Source: a virus. From it: a stretch of 64,000 nucleotides of DNA. Under the pieces are notes generated by a model. That model was given only the letters and a program-made list of their open reading frames with translations. It was not told where the DNA came from and ran no database searches. The translations under genes were made by a program, and so were the position numbers. The stretch spans positions 1 to 64,000 of the IMG/VR virus record IMGVR_UViG_3300005466_000026; one strand, given 5' to 3'. Below are positions 9,749 to 21,163 of this stretch, piece by piece; the stretch's first letter is position 1; each line of letters begins with the position of its first letter.

Positions 9749-11317
9749 TCACACGAACATCATCTGGAACTCTTTGGGCTTCTCCTCGGTCGTAGCCTCC
9801 GCTATCGCGCTCGCCATCGCGAGCGAGACCATGCCGTCGATCCGACCTCGGCTCTTCGCCTTGCTCAGCTTCCGGTTCCCCGCGGGATCCTTCTGCACGA
9901 CGGCGTTGTGAGCACACATGTTTAGGACCGGGTTCTTCCCGTGAGCCAGCTTCTTGTTCAGCACGAGAGCCTCGAGACTCCGCAGGGCCGGGGACATGGA
10001 CTGGAAGCCCTGACCGAACTCCTCGAACAGGGTCTCCAGCTCCTTCTCGGTGAAGCCGCACTTGAGGAGCCAAGGCTTCAGGTGCCTGTAGTTCCAGCGG
10101 TCGAACGCTATCTTCTTCACCTTGAGCTCGGTACATATCTCGCGAAGACGCTGCGCGACGTACTCGTACTCGACGCTCTTTCCGGGCGTGAGCTCGATGT
10201 ATCCCTCCTTCGCCCAGACGTCGTACTGCACGCGGTCAAGGCGAGAGCGCTCGGCTATCCCCTCCTCGGGGAGCCAGAAGTAGCAGTGGACCTGCCACAC
10301 ACCTCGCACCATGAACAAGAGCACGAGCGCGGTCAGGTCGCTCGTGGCCGAGAGATCCAGTCCCGCGAACACCAGCTGACCAGCGTACTCTTCCAGGCTG
10401 ACGGGCTCCGCGCCGCACGCCTCCCAGGTGATTCTCGAGACGAAGGGGGATGTGGACTCCACCCTCTGATTGAGGATCAGGTTGCGATAGTCGGCCTCCA
10501 GGCTCGGCATCCGCTTGGCGTCGGCCGCCATGCGGAGAACCTCCTTCGTGTTCATGAACTCGTCGTAGGCGGGGTTCGCCTGCTTGATGGTCGTGAGCGC
10601 GAAGGGGTCCGCCTCCGTGTCGGCGGTGTAGAGCTCGACGATCGTGCAGGGGTCGTTGTCCTCCAGCGCGTCGTCGATGAGAATGCTGAGCAGGTCGTTG
10701 TCCGTCGGCGCCTGCGTCGAGATTATGATAGTGAGCGGCTCCTCCTGCGCGGCGCTCGCCGTCTCCAGCGCGGAGTAGAGCTCGCTCTTCGGTCCGCGAG
10801 CCTGCCCCAGCTCGTCGTGAATGGTGAGCGCTGGGCTCAGGCCGAAGCTCGTCTTGACCTCCGCCGAGAGCGCTCGGTACTTGGTCCCGCGCTCGGGGCA
10901 GAGTATCTGCTTGACCGTGTCGCGAACCACGCAGAACGGCGACAGCTCGGGCGACATGCGTATGATCTTGGCCGCGAGCTCGAAGATGACCGCCGCCTGC
11001 TCCTTGGACTGAGCCGTGGAGTACTGCTGCGAGTTCTGCACGGCCTCCGGACCCACGATGTGCAGCAGCAGGATGAAGGCCGAGAGAGCCGTCTTGGCGT
11101 TCTTGCGAGCAACGCTGAATATCGCTCGGCGGGTGCCCGCCGGATTGTCGTATATCTTGATCATGAAGCGCCGCTGGAACTGCGACAGCTTCACCTTCTT
11201 GCCCACCAGCTTCCCCTCGGGGATGCGGCAGTTCTCCTCGATCCAGCGGATGTTCCGCTCGGCGCGGGTCTCCGTCCGCGTTGGCCTCTTAGCCTTAGTC
11301 TTCGGCTTCGTCGTCAT
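9749..11317 (-). CDS. terL: Terminase large subunit (Terminase_1 family)
   Basis: Walker A-like 'VARKNAKT', Walker B 'IHDEL', 'IIIST', nuclease 'GLDLS...DLTA', 'RIDGMVS'. Confidence 0.95.
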   Translation of the reverse strand: MTTKPKTKAKRPTRTETRAERNIRWIEENCRIPEGKLVGKKVKLSQFQRRFMIKIYDNPAGTRRAIFSVARKNAKTALSAFILLLHIVGPEAVQNSQQYSTAQSKEQAAVIFELAAKIIRMSPELSPFCVVRDTVKQILCPERGTKYRALSAEVKTSFGLSPALTIHDELGQARGPKSELYSALETASAAQEEPLTIIISTQAPTDNDLLSILIDDALEDNDPCTIVELYTADTEADPFALTTIKQANPAYDEFMNTKEVLRMAADAKRMPSLEADYRNLILNQRVESTSPFVSRITWEACGAEPVSLEEYAGQLVFAGLDLSATSDLTALVLLFMVRGVWQVHCYFWLPEEGIAERSRLDRVQYDVWAKEGYIELTPGKSVEYEYVAQRLREICTELKVKKIAFDRWNYRHLKPWLLKCGFTEKELETLFEEFGQGFQSMSPALRSLEALVLNKKLAHGKNPVLNMCAHNAVVQKDPAGNRKLSKAKSRGRIDGMVSLAMASAIAEATTEEKPKEFQMMFV

Positions 11318-11720
11318 CCGCGACCGGCTTGGCGTCCATGTCCCAGGGCTTCACGACCGCCGACTTGGCGTGCTTCGACTTCTTTCTGTCGAGCGTGGAC
11401 TGCTGCGTGAGCCTCATCTTGGTGGCGAGAGTAGCCACCATCTTGGTCTCCTTGAGCTCGAGAGCGTAGAGCGCCTGATCGACCCGCTGCTCGGTCCTGA
11501 TCTTCTTGGCGATGGACCTAGCCCTCATCACGTGGCTGCAGTACTGCTCGAGAATGGCCAGCGTCTCGGGTCTGAACCAGTCTGCGGGCAGCGCCTCCAC
11601 GGTCTGTCTCCATATCAACGCCTCGTCCTCCCCCATGCGACTGGGTGGTGAAGGTCTCGCGACCCCCATCCCCTCTATCACCTTCAGGGACTGCCTGCCT
11701 CTGCCGTGTAGGACGCTCAT
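11295..11720 (-). CDS. terS: Terminase small subunit (P27-like)
   Basis: Directly upstream of terL; 'PPS...E..IW', 'LEQYC', 'LATKMRLTQQS'. Confidence 0.8.
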   Translation of the reverse strand: MSVLHGRGRQSLKVIEGMGVARPSPPSRMGEDEALIWRQTVEALPADWFRPETLAILEQYCSHVMRARSIAKKIRTEQRVDQALYALELKETKMVATLATKMRLTQQSTLDRKKSKHAKSAVVKPWDMDAKPVADDDEAED

Positions 11721-11779
11721 GCTGATACTCGTCTCACTTGTGCCTGCGCTGCGGGAAGTCGTCGGGAAATTAAGGCCTC

Positions 11780-11885
11780 TCGCCGGGGTCTCAAAAAGGG
11801 GTCATTTAGGATGCCGGGCTCCCGTCGCCGGTGTCTGGAGTCGTCGCGAAGATCTTTCGTCCCACCCCCCGGTGCCCCTCGTCGT
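11780..11885. other. Probable cos/packaging region
   Basis: Non-coding gap between HNH and terS, the usual cos position in HK97-like phages; minus strand has GGGGGTGGGACGAAAG...ACCGGCG. Confidence 0.4.
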
Positions 11886-11899
11886 CATCATTGTTGATT

Positions 11900-12187
11900 T
11901 CATTTTTGAAAATCGTTTCGTATCGGCCAACCGTCTAGTCCTATCATCTCTCCTCGTCCTCCCTTCTCGAGAGACTGAGCAACTGAGTTATGACACGACT
12001 CACACAGAGACTGCAGAGGAGACGAGCAGAAGATGTTCCAGTTGCCGTTGTGCTGCTGCAGGTGGTGTGCCACGGTAGCGACGACGACCTCTCCTCGTGC
12101 ACCATGCATCTCACACAAGGGATGCTGTGCCAGTTGATGCTTGCGGCGTGCTCTCCACAGAGCAGTACTATAGAAGCGATGGGCCAC
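11900..12187 (-). CDS. Packaging-associated HNH endonuclease (HK97 gp74-like)
   Basis: 'FYSTALWRARR...HPLCEMH', 'ATVAHH', 'LQSLCESCHN', 'GLDGWP'; upstream of terS. Confidence 0.85.
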   Translation of the reverse strand: MAHRFYSTALWRARRKHQLAQHPLCEMHGARGEVVVATVAHHLQQHNGNWNIFCSSPLQSLCESCHNSVAQSLEKGGRGEMIGLDGWPIRNDFQK

Positions 12188-12214
12188 CTCTGTATCTCCT
12201 AGATGGTAGACATG

Positions 12215-12238
12215 GCTACCGCACAGGGGTCCACTATA
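12215..12238 (-). promoter_or_regulatory. Putative late promoter -10 (TATAGT) followed by an ops-like GCGGTAGC element
   Basis: Minus strand reads TATAGT-ggacccctgt-GCGGTAGC-catgtCTACC-atc-TAGGAG before the HNH start. Confidence 0.35.
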
Positions 12239-12275
12239 CCCACAGTGCCTCTCAGCTATGCGCGAGCAGCCCTGC

Positions 12276-12755
12276 TTAGGCTACGCGCACGCTGGTCTGG
12301 TCTATCTCGACAGCGAGAGACCTATTCATCATGCTCAGTAGAACGCGACATCGGTCCCGTGCGGTGAGCTGCTCTACCACACCGAGACTATCCTTGAACG
12401 CACCATGCACCACTACGACAGTGTCGCCTACAGCAGCAGGCTTCTGCAACACGATAAGACCCCGACGGTCTTCTTTGGCCCTCAGGGTCTCTATGTCTCT
12501 GTCGCTCATGCGGGTAGGAACACCGTCGCAGAAGAAGAGCTTCCTTATTCCGCGAGTGTTGACTAAGCGCTCCCAGCCGTCTCTCACCATCACGAAGATA
12601 TATCCGGGAAACAGGTACTCGCGTCTCTCGGTAGTCTTCCTACGCACCGCAATCTGCGGTAGATAGAATTGAAATCCCTGACGCTCTATGTGATGTGCTG
12701 CTCTCTGCTCTTCGCAGAACTTCGTGGCTGCAGCCGTCCAGTATTTTGAAACCAA
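12276..12755 (-). CDS. NusG/RfaH-family transcription antiterminator
   Basis: NGN domain ('YLP', 'LFPGYIFV', 'NTRGI') plus KOW ('GDTVVVVHGAFKD...RCRVLLSMM'). Confidence 0.9.
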   Translation of the reverse strand: MVSKYWTAAATKFCEEQRAAHHIERQGFQFYLPQIAVRRKTTERREYLFPGYIFVMVRDGWERLVNTRGIRKLFFCDGVPTRMSDRDIETLRAKEDRRGLIVLQKPAAVGDTVVVVHGAFKDSLGVVEQLTARDRCRVLLSMMNRSLAVEIDQTSVRVA

Positions 12756-12868
12756 GACTTCCTCACCGTCCAGAAGAAGTTACTTGGGTCTATCCGAATA
12801 GCGTGCTTCCTTTGATTTGGCAAGGACCGGGGGTTGAATACCCTCTCCTATAGCTGTCCAATGCCGCC

Positions 12869-13102
12869 TATCACTTTATCAGCCCTATACACTTTTTGCC
12901 GCTTAAAGTAAGATGAGAATCCCCACTGTTTCTCAAAAAAGTGATAAGCTGATAAAGTGCTTATAACTACTAAAGAAACGATCTAAAAAATCTGATAGCT
13001 GGCTGATAGCGAAGTGATAGGTGATAGCGACCATTACCTCCATCACGAGCAAAATATTTTAATGATCTCAAGCACTTTATCACTTTATCACTTTATCAGC
13101 CC
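12869..13102. repeat. Array of TATCA/TGATA repeats in an AT-rich intergenic region (candidate origin or operator array)
   Basis: TATCACTTTATCAGCCC at 12869 and 13086; (CACTTTAT)x3 at 13073-13096; inverted GCTGATAAAGTG at 12948; four TGATAG at 12992-13028. Confidence 0.75.
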
Positions 13103-13189
13103 ATGACCTCAGAAAGTCGGAAAAACGAAAATTGAAAACTCGTACAGTAGGACCTATTGGCAAGAAGTCGGACATCCTGCTCGGTGTCA

Positions 13190-13219
13190 TTTGACGTACC
13201 AGACGTCGCCATATATTTT
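13190..13219 (+). promoter_or_regulatory. Putative sigma70 promoter for the rightward early genes
   Basis: TTGACG at 13191 and CATATATT at 13210, upstream of the first plus-strand ORF. Confidence 0.45.
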
Positions 13220-13334
13220 TGAACATGGAGACACTTTGGGCTTGCGGCTCACAAATCCCCCGGTGCAGGCTGCGGCGGCCTAGGACCTACCAGTAGTCGC
13301 GTATCAAGCCTACCGGCAGTAGAGGGAGCCACAG

Positions 13335-13823
13335 ATGCTAGAGAGATATCGTCACGTCATATCACGAGTACGTCCAGGACTTCAAGTCGAGATGCTGCGC
13401 TACTTCGTCGAGCGCGGTCTGGTGCCGGGGGACGCTCCCGGTCACAGCTTCTACGACGTGCTGAGAAGGGCGAGGCTGATGCAGGCCGACGTCGTTCTCT
13501 GCGCCCTCAGGATCAACAGCACCAGCAGCCTCGCGCTCGCCGAGAAGCTGGTAGGCAAGCGCATTCACGTTTGTCCGCCGATGCTCATCAGGTGGACCTC
13601 GCCGGTCAAGGCCACCAGACGGTCGGGGGACGACCGCGTGGTCACCCACGTTCGCAAGCCTAGATCAACAGAGAAGGGTCGCACGCGTCTTCTCTCGGCG
13701 TCCATGTACGACAGGATGGCCAGAGCGCAGACCGGGATGACCGTCTCGACCCTGCTGGCCCGAGGCCTTCGTCGCAGAGACATTCGCATCGCCGTCAAGC
13801 GCGGCTATCTCAGGATAGCGTAG
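13335..13823 (+). CDS. Hypothetical early protein with a small putative DNA-binding C-terminal domain
   Basis: GGGAG RBS; C-terminus 'TGMTVSTLLARGLRRRDIRIAVKRGYLRI' resembles domains in the 30328 and 30821 ORFs. Confidence 0.55.
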   Translation: MLERYRHVISRVRPGLQVEMLRYFVERGLVPGDAPGHSFYDVLRRARLMQADVVLCALRINSTSSLALAEKLVGKRIHVCPPMLIRWTSPVKATRRSGDDRVVTHVRKPRSTEKGRTRLLSASMYDRMARAQTGMTVSTLLARGLRRRDIRIAVKRGYLRIA

Positions 13824-15884
13824 GGGGGTGCACGTGACGAGGAGAGTAGGAGTCGAGAGACTAGGTGCCAGAGGTCCCGCTCCCGGAGAGGGAGGAAGAC
13901 CACCGTATCGCGCAGCACTGGACAAGCTGGTGGACGCGTGGGAGGCACTGCCGACCGGCGACTACAGGATGAACCGAGCCGGAGCCGAGAGACTGCAGAG
14001 ATGGCTGAGCGACGACATGGCACCGGCGATAAGAGACGCGCGAAGAGTTCTGGGAAGGGAGACCTGACTATGTTTCAGTTCTGGATTGGATACGCCTCGG
14101 CGGTCCTGACCTACCTCGCGACAGGGTTCGTCTTCGGCCTCGCGGTGGTCTTCTTCAACTTGGCGCGGTTCCACGCGGGCGGCTTTCGGGTGTGGGACAT
14201 GGTCAAGCACGTCGCTCTGGTGACGGTCGCTTGGCCTGCTGCGGTGCTGGACGCCTACGCGATAGCGATAGAGAAGGAGAGACGGTGATGGGAGTCTCTT
14301 GTCAGGTGATAGCGCTCCGCGCCGAGGACGAGGAGTTCGAGAAGAACTATCGGGTGCTGGTGGCGTGCAGGGACGCCGACGTGGACGTTCCCGAGCAGGT
14401 CGCGGCGTACTTCGGCCGGGAGGCCATGCTCTACGAGCAGCCTGCGGCGGTCGCCGAGCACGCGCTGGAGGTGGAGATACCGACGGTGGTGCTGGAGAGA
14501 GGCGGCGGCTCCGAGGATCGCGTCGTGGAGCTCGCGAAGCTTCCGAAGAGCGTGACGCGTCTGGTGTTCAGGATGTCGTGGTGAGCAGGCAGCAGTGGAG
14601 AGAAGTCTGGTGCGCGGTCTTCGGTCACGACTTCCGGTGGCGGTCGTACTTCCTCACGCACTGGACCTGTCGCAGATGCAGAAGAGTCATTCCCAGAGCA
14701 GACGTGGAGGAGCAGAGATGAGCGGTGGTCACGTCTTGACGATAGTCTGGCTGCGCTGCGTCGATCGCGACACGGCGAACGAGTGCTGGGTCGTGTGCAA
14801 TCAGATCGACGAGGGAGCGGTCCCGTTCGTGAGCATCGCGTCCGTCGCGACGGTCGAGATGGAGCGAGCGATGGACGAGGCGTACAGAGCCAATCTGATC
14901 CACGAGCACAGACCGTGGAGGAGATACCATGCGATGGGGATGGCGTTCAGAGCGGCTATGACCGCGATCAAGGAGACGAGGCGATGAGCCACAGAGACGC
15001 GATGCAGAGAGCAGAGACCGAGATCGCCAAGCTGACCGGCAAGGTCGAGCGGCAGGAGATCGAGCACAAGAGGCTTCGGGACAGACTCCGTGATCAGGAG
15101 TCGAAGATCTCCAGCCTCGCGGCGAGAGTCTGCGAGCTGGAGAAGAGCACCAGTCCGCACGCTCTGGCGGGGATGAACTGATGACAGAGATCTGGTGGAC
15201 GGTGGTGACTGTGGCAGTAGTCGGCGTGATCGAGCCGAGAGCCGGGTTCGCGTTCGTCCTTCTGGGACTGATAGCGTGGAGGCTGACGTGACAGACCGCA
15301 GAACCTTCGAGCGCACCTGCGACGTCTGCGGCAGGAAGAGTCACAGGACGGAGATGTGGACGACGATCAGCTTTCAGCCGACGGTGATGACGATGCCGAG
15401 AGAGCCTGAGGACCGACACGTGTGCATCAGGTGCAGACACGAGCTCGACGAGCTCCTGGAGAAGCTGAAGAAGGAGAAGGGATACTATGGCTGACAGAGG
15501 CAGATCGATGGACCTGGAGCTGATCAAGTCGCTGACCTACGCGCATCGCGTGCTGAGCGACTCGACGAGACCGTCGGCGGACCGCGCGGACCCCGCTGCC
15601 CACATAGAGGCGCTGATCATGCTGGAGGTGAAGAAGGTGCTGGTGGAGAACTGACATGGGACACTATGATGATCTGTACGCAGAGACCGAGCGCGAGGAT
15701 CGGGCGAGAACCGCTCGGGAGGCCGCCAGCCTCTCGAGCAGGCACAGGGTCCCGGTCCTGAGCCGAAGCACGTTCAGGGTTCTCGGCGTCTGCGAAACCT
15801 GCGCTAATCTGGTGTACTCAGTTCCGAACTGGGGATGTCGGAGCCACTTCTGTCCCCACAAGCCGTAGACGAGAGGAGAGCCAC

Positions 15885-16304
15885 ATGGACGCAGAGGTCC
15901 GAGGAGTCATCAAGGTGTGCGCGTCGGTGTTCGCGATAGTCGTCGTGATCATCGGCTCGGGAATGGCGGGATGTCCCGTCTACAACGTCTGGTCGGCCGG
16001 ACTGGCCGGTCAGGCTCAGCTGCGACAGGCCGAGCAGAACCGACAGATCAAGGTTCAGGAGGCGCACGCGACGCTGGAGGCCAGCAAGCTCCTGGCGCAG
16101 GCCGAGATCGAGCGGTCGAAGGGCGTGGCCGAGGCGAACAAGATAATCGCCGGTGGACTGGGAGGTCCGGAGGGATACCTTCGCTACCTCTACATCCACG
16201 CCATGAGCGAGAACAAGAACACGCAGTACGTCTACATCCCGACAGAGGCCGCGATGCCCGTTCTAGAGGCGCGTCCGAAGCCGTGGATCAGGGGACCGCA
16301 GTGA
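15885..16304 (+). CDS. SPFH/Band-7-like membrane protein (short form)
   Basis: TM helix then 'QAEIERSKGVAEANKII...YLRYL', 'VYIPTEA.MPVLEA'. Confidence 0.7.
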   Translation: MDAEVRGVIKVCASVFAIVVVIIGSGMAGCPVYNVWSAGLAGQAQLRQAEQNRQIKVQEAHATLEASKLLAQAEIERSKGVAEANKIIAGGLGGPEGYLRYLYIHAMSENKNTQYVYIPTEAAMPVLEARPKPWIRGPQ

Positions 16305-18109
16305 TCTGCATTCTGAGATACGCGTCCTCTCCGGTCGAGACGTGGGTCGGCACGGGTCCCGTCAGGGGAGAGCTGATAGGATGGATCATCTCGACGGACG
16401 TGGACGACGCCCGTCGGCAGGCTCACATGGCCGGAGAGAAGGATCTCGCGGAGCTGCTGTACAGACTGACCTTCATGCCGAGGCCCGGACGATACGACCT
16501 CGGGCCCGAGTTCGTGATGCTGGTGACGTGATGGAAGAGATAGTCGGAGGCCTGATCGGCGTCGCGGTGGGAGGAGTACTGGTATTCCTCATCTGCGAGG
16601 CCGTCAGCAGATATCTGATCCGGCGAGAGTTCCCGGAGAAGAGAGTAGAGGACTACTTCTGGTGGAGGAGCGAGGAATGAGCGAGCACGAGGAGCTGGAC
16701 GACCTGATAAGGCGGAGATGGACGGAGCTGGGATGGAAGCCGCCGCACAGATGGGACTACGAGTTCCCGAGCAACACCTGGGAGGAGATGCGCTGGTTCG
16801 TGCGATGGCCGCTGCTGATGGGGACGCTCGTTCTCTTCGGCGTGCTGCTCTCGCTGCCGTTCGTGGCTCCTTGGTGGCCGCGATGAGGTGCGTGGAGGAG
16901 TGTCCGTACGTGCAGACCGAGTGCGACAACTCGCCGATGTGTCCAGGAAGGGAGACGACCATGACGACTCTGCTCAGCGTGACCACGAAGGACGGCAAGT
17001 ACACGGTGACCCAGGAGCAGGGCGGACGCGTTCGTCTTCTGCGACACGGAGAGCCGTGGCCAGCGGGCGAGATGGCCTACGTCGGGTCCGGTCTCGTGCT
17101 GGCCTTGGCCTACGAGCTGGAGGCGGCCAGAGCCGCGCTGCGCTTCTACGCCGATCCGGCGAGCAGAGTACCCGAGGACGACACGCCGCTCAACCGCGAC
17201 GGCGGACGAAGAGCGCGCGAGGCGCTGGGAGTAGAGCCATGAGACTGGTCGAGTTCAACTATCCGACGGGAACTCCCGTCCTGATCAACGTCGAGCGAGT
17301 CGTCTCACTGGAGCCGACTGCTATGGGAAAGTTCACTCTGATGCGATGCGACGACGCGTACTACACGCTGGCAGCAGAGATGGAGACGGTGAGGCGAAGA
17401 CTGGAGGAAGAACCATGAGATATCTCACGGATCTAGTGTGGATCGGGAACACGCTGTATCCCAGATGGTTCGTGTTCATGGTGATCGCTGCTATCATTAT
17501 TCTCATATCAGGAGCACTTTCATGGCTGACGAGGTGAAAGTTCACGTGGATCTGGCGGACGTAGACCCCGCGATTCCGCAGGTCGATCGCTGTCCGGAGC
17601 ATCCGGACGCCGAGCCCGAGATGGGATACGGAGCCGCAGGCGGAGGCATGGGCGTCTACGTCTACTGCAGCGTCTGCGGCACCATGCTGAGCAAGACGCA
17701 GGACGAGGGAGCTTAAACATGGAGCAGGAAGCACCAGTCGCCTCGGTGACACTTCACCAGATGACTCTCACGCCGGATCTTCTCTACGGATGGCGAGCCG
17801 ACGACAGCGGCGCATACGTCGATCTGGTCCGCAGATGCTTCGTGGTGGAGATGAGAGCTCTCCTGGATCTCGGCGACCAGGAGGACCCGAGCGTGCCTCG
17901 CGTCGCCACGATCAAGTGCAATCGTGTAGGTCTTGGTCTGTGGTTCACCACGGATCATCCGCGACTGCGCTACGCCTACAAGTGCCGAAGCATAGACTCG
18001 GCCCAGATAGACGTGATCGGCGACGCCGCGCTGTTCGAGGAGGACCTCAGCGGCGACTGGAAGAGAGTAGTCACGTCCCAGGTGGCGAGAAAGCAGCTGA
18101 GGAGACCGC

Positions 18110-18316
18110 ATGTCTAAGAGAGTAGTCGACCTGAAGAAGTACGGAGCGATAGGCGACGGCGTGACCGACGACACCGACGCGGTCGCGCGAGCCGTCAGGG
18201 CGGTCAAGAGATCGGGCGGCACGCTGCTCCTCCCGGTGGGGACGTATCTGATCAGAGGCCCGATAGACTTCCCAGGACCCAAGAAGAAGAAGCAGCGAAG
18301 GAAGAGGCGGTCGTGA
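18110..18316 (+). CDS. Mini-protein made of the Pectate_lyase_3/tailspike N-terminal motif plus a basic tail
   Basis: 'VDLKKYGAIGDGVTDDTDAV...GGTLLLPVGTYLI' then KKKKQRRKRR. Confidence 0.55.
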   Translation: MSKRVVDLKKYGAIGDGVTDDTDAVARAVRAVKRSGGTLLLPVGTYLIRGPIDFPGPKKKKQRRKRRS

Positions 18317-19208
18317 CGGAGGCCGAGAGAAGAGAGCTGCAGGACGTGGCCGACGGCGTGCTGCCGATCGACATGAGATCAGAGAAGAGACGCGTGAGGC
18401 TGAAGATCTACGGCCTCGCGTGGCGCGAGCTGTACTACCCGTGGACTTGGCACCTGACGGACGAGGGCCGAGAGATCTTAAACCAGAGGAGAGAAGCATG
18501 AGGAAGAAGTCAGCGACGAAGAAGATCAACGCGGTGATGAACACCTTCAAGGCGCGAGCCGACTCGGATCTGCTGCTGTGCAGAGCCGTGGTGGCTGCGC
18601 ACAACGAGCTGATCCAGGCGATAGCCAGAGCAACCTCGGCCGGACTTCGCGTCGAGGCCGGGCGCGACCTGGGAACGCCGATCCAGGTCTACAGACCGAT
18701 AACGCAGGAGACGCACGACAGACTGTCCAAGCTGGCCACGTGAGGAGACTGGAGCCATGAAGAAGCTGAGATCTGTTCTCAGAAGGATCCTGTGCAGTCA
18801 TCGCTGGAGCGCGTGGAGGAGGGACGATCCGTACCTGCGAGCAGTAGACTACTTCGACATGCTCCGGCTGGCGAGCGAGGGTCCTCGTCTGGTCTCCACC
18901 TGCGAGAAGTGCAGCAAGACGAAGACGAGGCGAACATGAAGACCATGATCACCATCATAGCTGGCGACGGACGCAGACACGCCGCTGCCAGCTTCGAGGT
19001 AGATCTCAGATGGCTGGCGCTCAAGCCGGAGGAGGTCGACAGAATGCCGCGCTTCCGCTGTCGCTATCTTTGCAACATAATGATGAGCGATCCTCTCGGT
19101 CACTTTCAGTACTTCGCCGAGAACAGAGGACTGAAGGGCAGACCGAAGAGTCGCGGCAGCAGACTAGCGACCAGACGCAGACGAACGATAGCCAAGAGGA
19201 GATGAGCC

Positions 19209-19730
19209 ATGACGCTAGAGATCCCGACCCGACGCGGCTTCGTCGGCGGACTGCTGGGACTTATCGCCGCTCCCGCGATAGTCAGAGCCAGCAGTCTGAT
19301 GCAGATACGAGGAGAGCCGCTGATACTCACTAGTCCACTGCCGCTGATCGGCGAGCAGACCAGCCAGTTCATGGTCACTGAGCTGCAGATGAGCAGTCTG
19401 CTCGACAGCATGTCTCAGTTCAGGGCCAAGCTGGTGGAGGTCACCGGAGTAGACAGAGCTATGCTGCAGCCGGTCAAGCGCGTCGACATCTTCGACAGCA
19501 TGTCCTTCACGCACGTGATGAAGAGAGGCACCGTCAGCTCCCACGGCTGCCACGGAGACTATCGCAGAACGCAGCTCATCGACGCTCCGAGGCGCGAGGT
19601 CACCGTGGAGGGGAGCTGCGAGCTGCTCGGGATGCTCCGAGCGGGCGACGTGGTGACCGTGGACAATCTTCCGGGCGGAGAGACCCGATACACGATCCCC
19701 CGGTCAGCCGGGGGGAGGAGGGAGACGTGA
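19209..19730 (+). CDS. Hypothetical protein with a twin-arginine (Tat)-like signal
   Basis: 'TRRGFVGGLLGLIAAPAIVRA'. Confidence 0.55.
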   Translation: MTLEIPTRRGFVGGLLGLIAAPAIVRASSLMQIRGEPLILTSPLPLIGEQTSQFMVTELQMSSLLDSMSQFRAKLVEVTGVDRAMLQPVKRVDIFDSMSFTHVMKRGTVSSHGCHGDYRRTQLIDAPRREVTVEGSCELLGMLRAGDVVTVDNLPGGETRYTIPRSAGGRRET

Positions 19731-21163
19731 GGGAGACGGATTTCTGGAGAGCCAGCTTCCTGGCTGGATGGGTAGTCGCGAGACTGGCAGACGGAGAGAT
19801 CTGGCGAGCGACGTATATCCTATTTGCTGGATTGTTTCTCATGGTACTTCTCAGACCTATCGACGAGGTGATCAAGAGGAGATCTCAGACGTGAGAGTAC
19901 ACTGCGACGAGTGCGGCAGGGACTTCGAGAATAGATACCGAAGCACGCTCTGTCCCCATCGGGCGTTTCCCGCGAACGACGGGCGCAACAACTTCAAGAC
20001 GCATCCTGAGGCGTTCATCTCTGGTGGCTCCGGCGTCTGTCCGGGATGCGGCAGCAACAACACCTTCGTCAGCGAGGCCGGGATCCCCAACTGCCACGAC
20101 TGCGGGTTCACGCCGTGAGCAGCAAGCCGCAGCCGAGCTTCAGCGTCATGGGGAACCGTCCCACAGGGCGCTTCCGGATACGCATCGCCATGTTCTTCTT
20201 CCCTGTCGTCGAGGAGCTCTGGGAGAACCGCGACGGCGAGTTTAGATGGAGGCGTCTGTCCTGGATGCACTCCGTGGAGTTCGAGGAGAAGAAGCTATGA
20301 AGCGACTGAAGGTCATAGGCGGACATCACGACGGGCAGTACGTCTCGATGGAAGACTACGAGAAGATCACTCGCCTGCCAGAGCGGAGGTCCACGTCCGC
20401 GGCCATGATGGGCAGCTTCCAGGAGTCGCCGACGATAGAGGACTCCGTGAGACTGCACGTCTACACGGTTCACAAGATGAGCTTCGCGAAGGGAGACTCG
20501 GTGGAGGTGCTGCTCCCCGAGGGCGGAGGCGGGATACCTGCGGCCCTCCGTCTGCTCGTCGAGAAGCACGGCGAGTACTCCGCCTCCGCGAGCGCGAGGA
20601 GGATGCTGGCTCGCAGAGTCAGGGAGCTGGAGGAGCAGATCGCGCTTCTGCTGGGATCGAGAGGAGACAGGAGATGACGACGAGAAAGGTCTACGTTCTG
20701 GTGAAGGGTCAGGGCGAGTACTCCGATCGCAGCGAGGAGCCGTATCGGGTCTATCTCAGCGAGGAGAGGGCCAAGGCGGCCATGACGGCGGCCGAGAGGA
20801 TCTCTGACTCCGTCGTCAACGATTTCTCCGGCATGGGGATGATGACCTACGAGGAGCGTCGCGAGAAGTATCTCGTCGCCAAGAAGGCCGCGCTGGCGGA
20901 GTACGAGAAGCTCGGCTTCACCGGACTGGACGAGGATGGTCTGGACGGCGACGAGGACTGGGCGCTGCACGAGGTGGAGCTGGTAGAGTGAGCGAGAGGA
21001 CCATCTGCGTCTGCGCGTGCTGCGGCGACGTGTTCGTCACGACGGTGACCGACGAGGAGGCGATGCTGGAGTTCACGATAGACTTTCCAGACGAGAATCC
21101 GGCAGACGTGGTGACGGTCTGCGACGACTGCTACGAGGCGCTGACCGAGAAGAGGACCGCGCA

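Noticed and set aside
5357-11410. Long antisense ORFs (e.g. 5357-6928, 9941-11410; also 26003-27688, 53016-54704)
   Set aside because: Shadow frames of GC-rich real genes, with no motifs
12869-13102. CRISPR array
   Set aside because: Repeats are 5-17 bp, irregularly spaced and in both orientations; there are no spacers or cas genes
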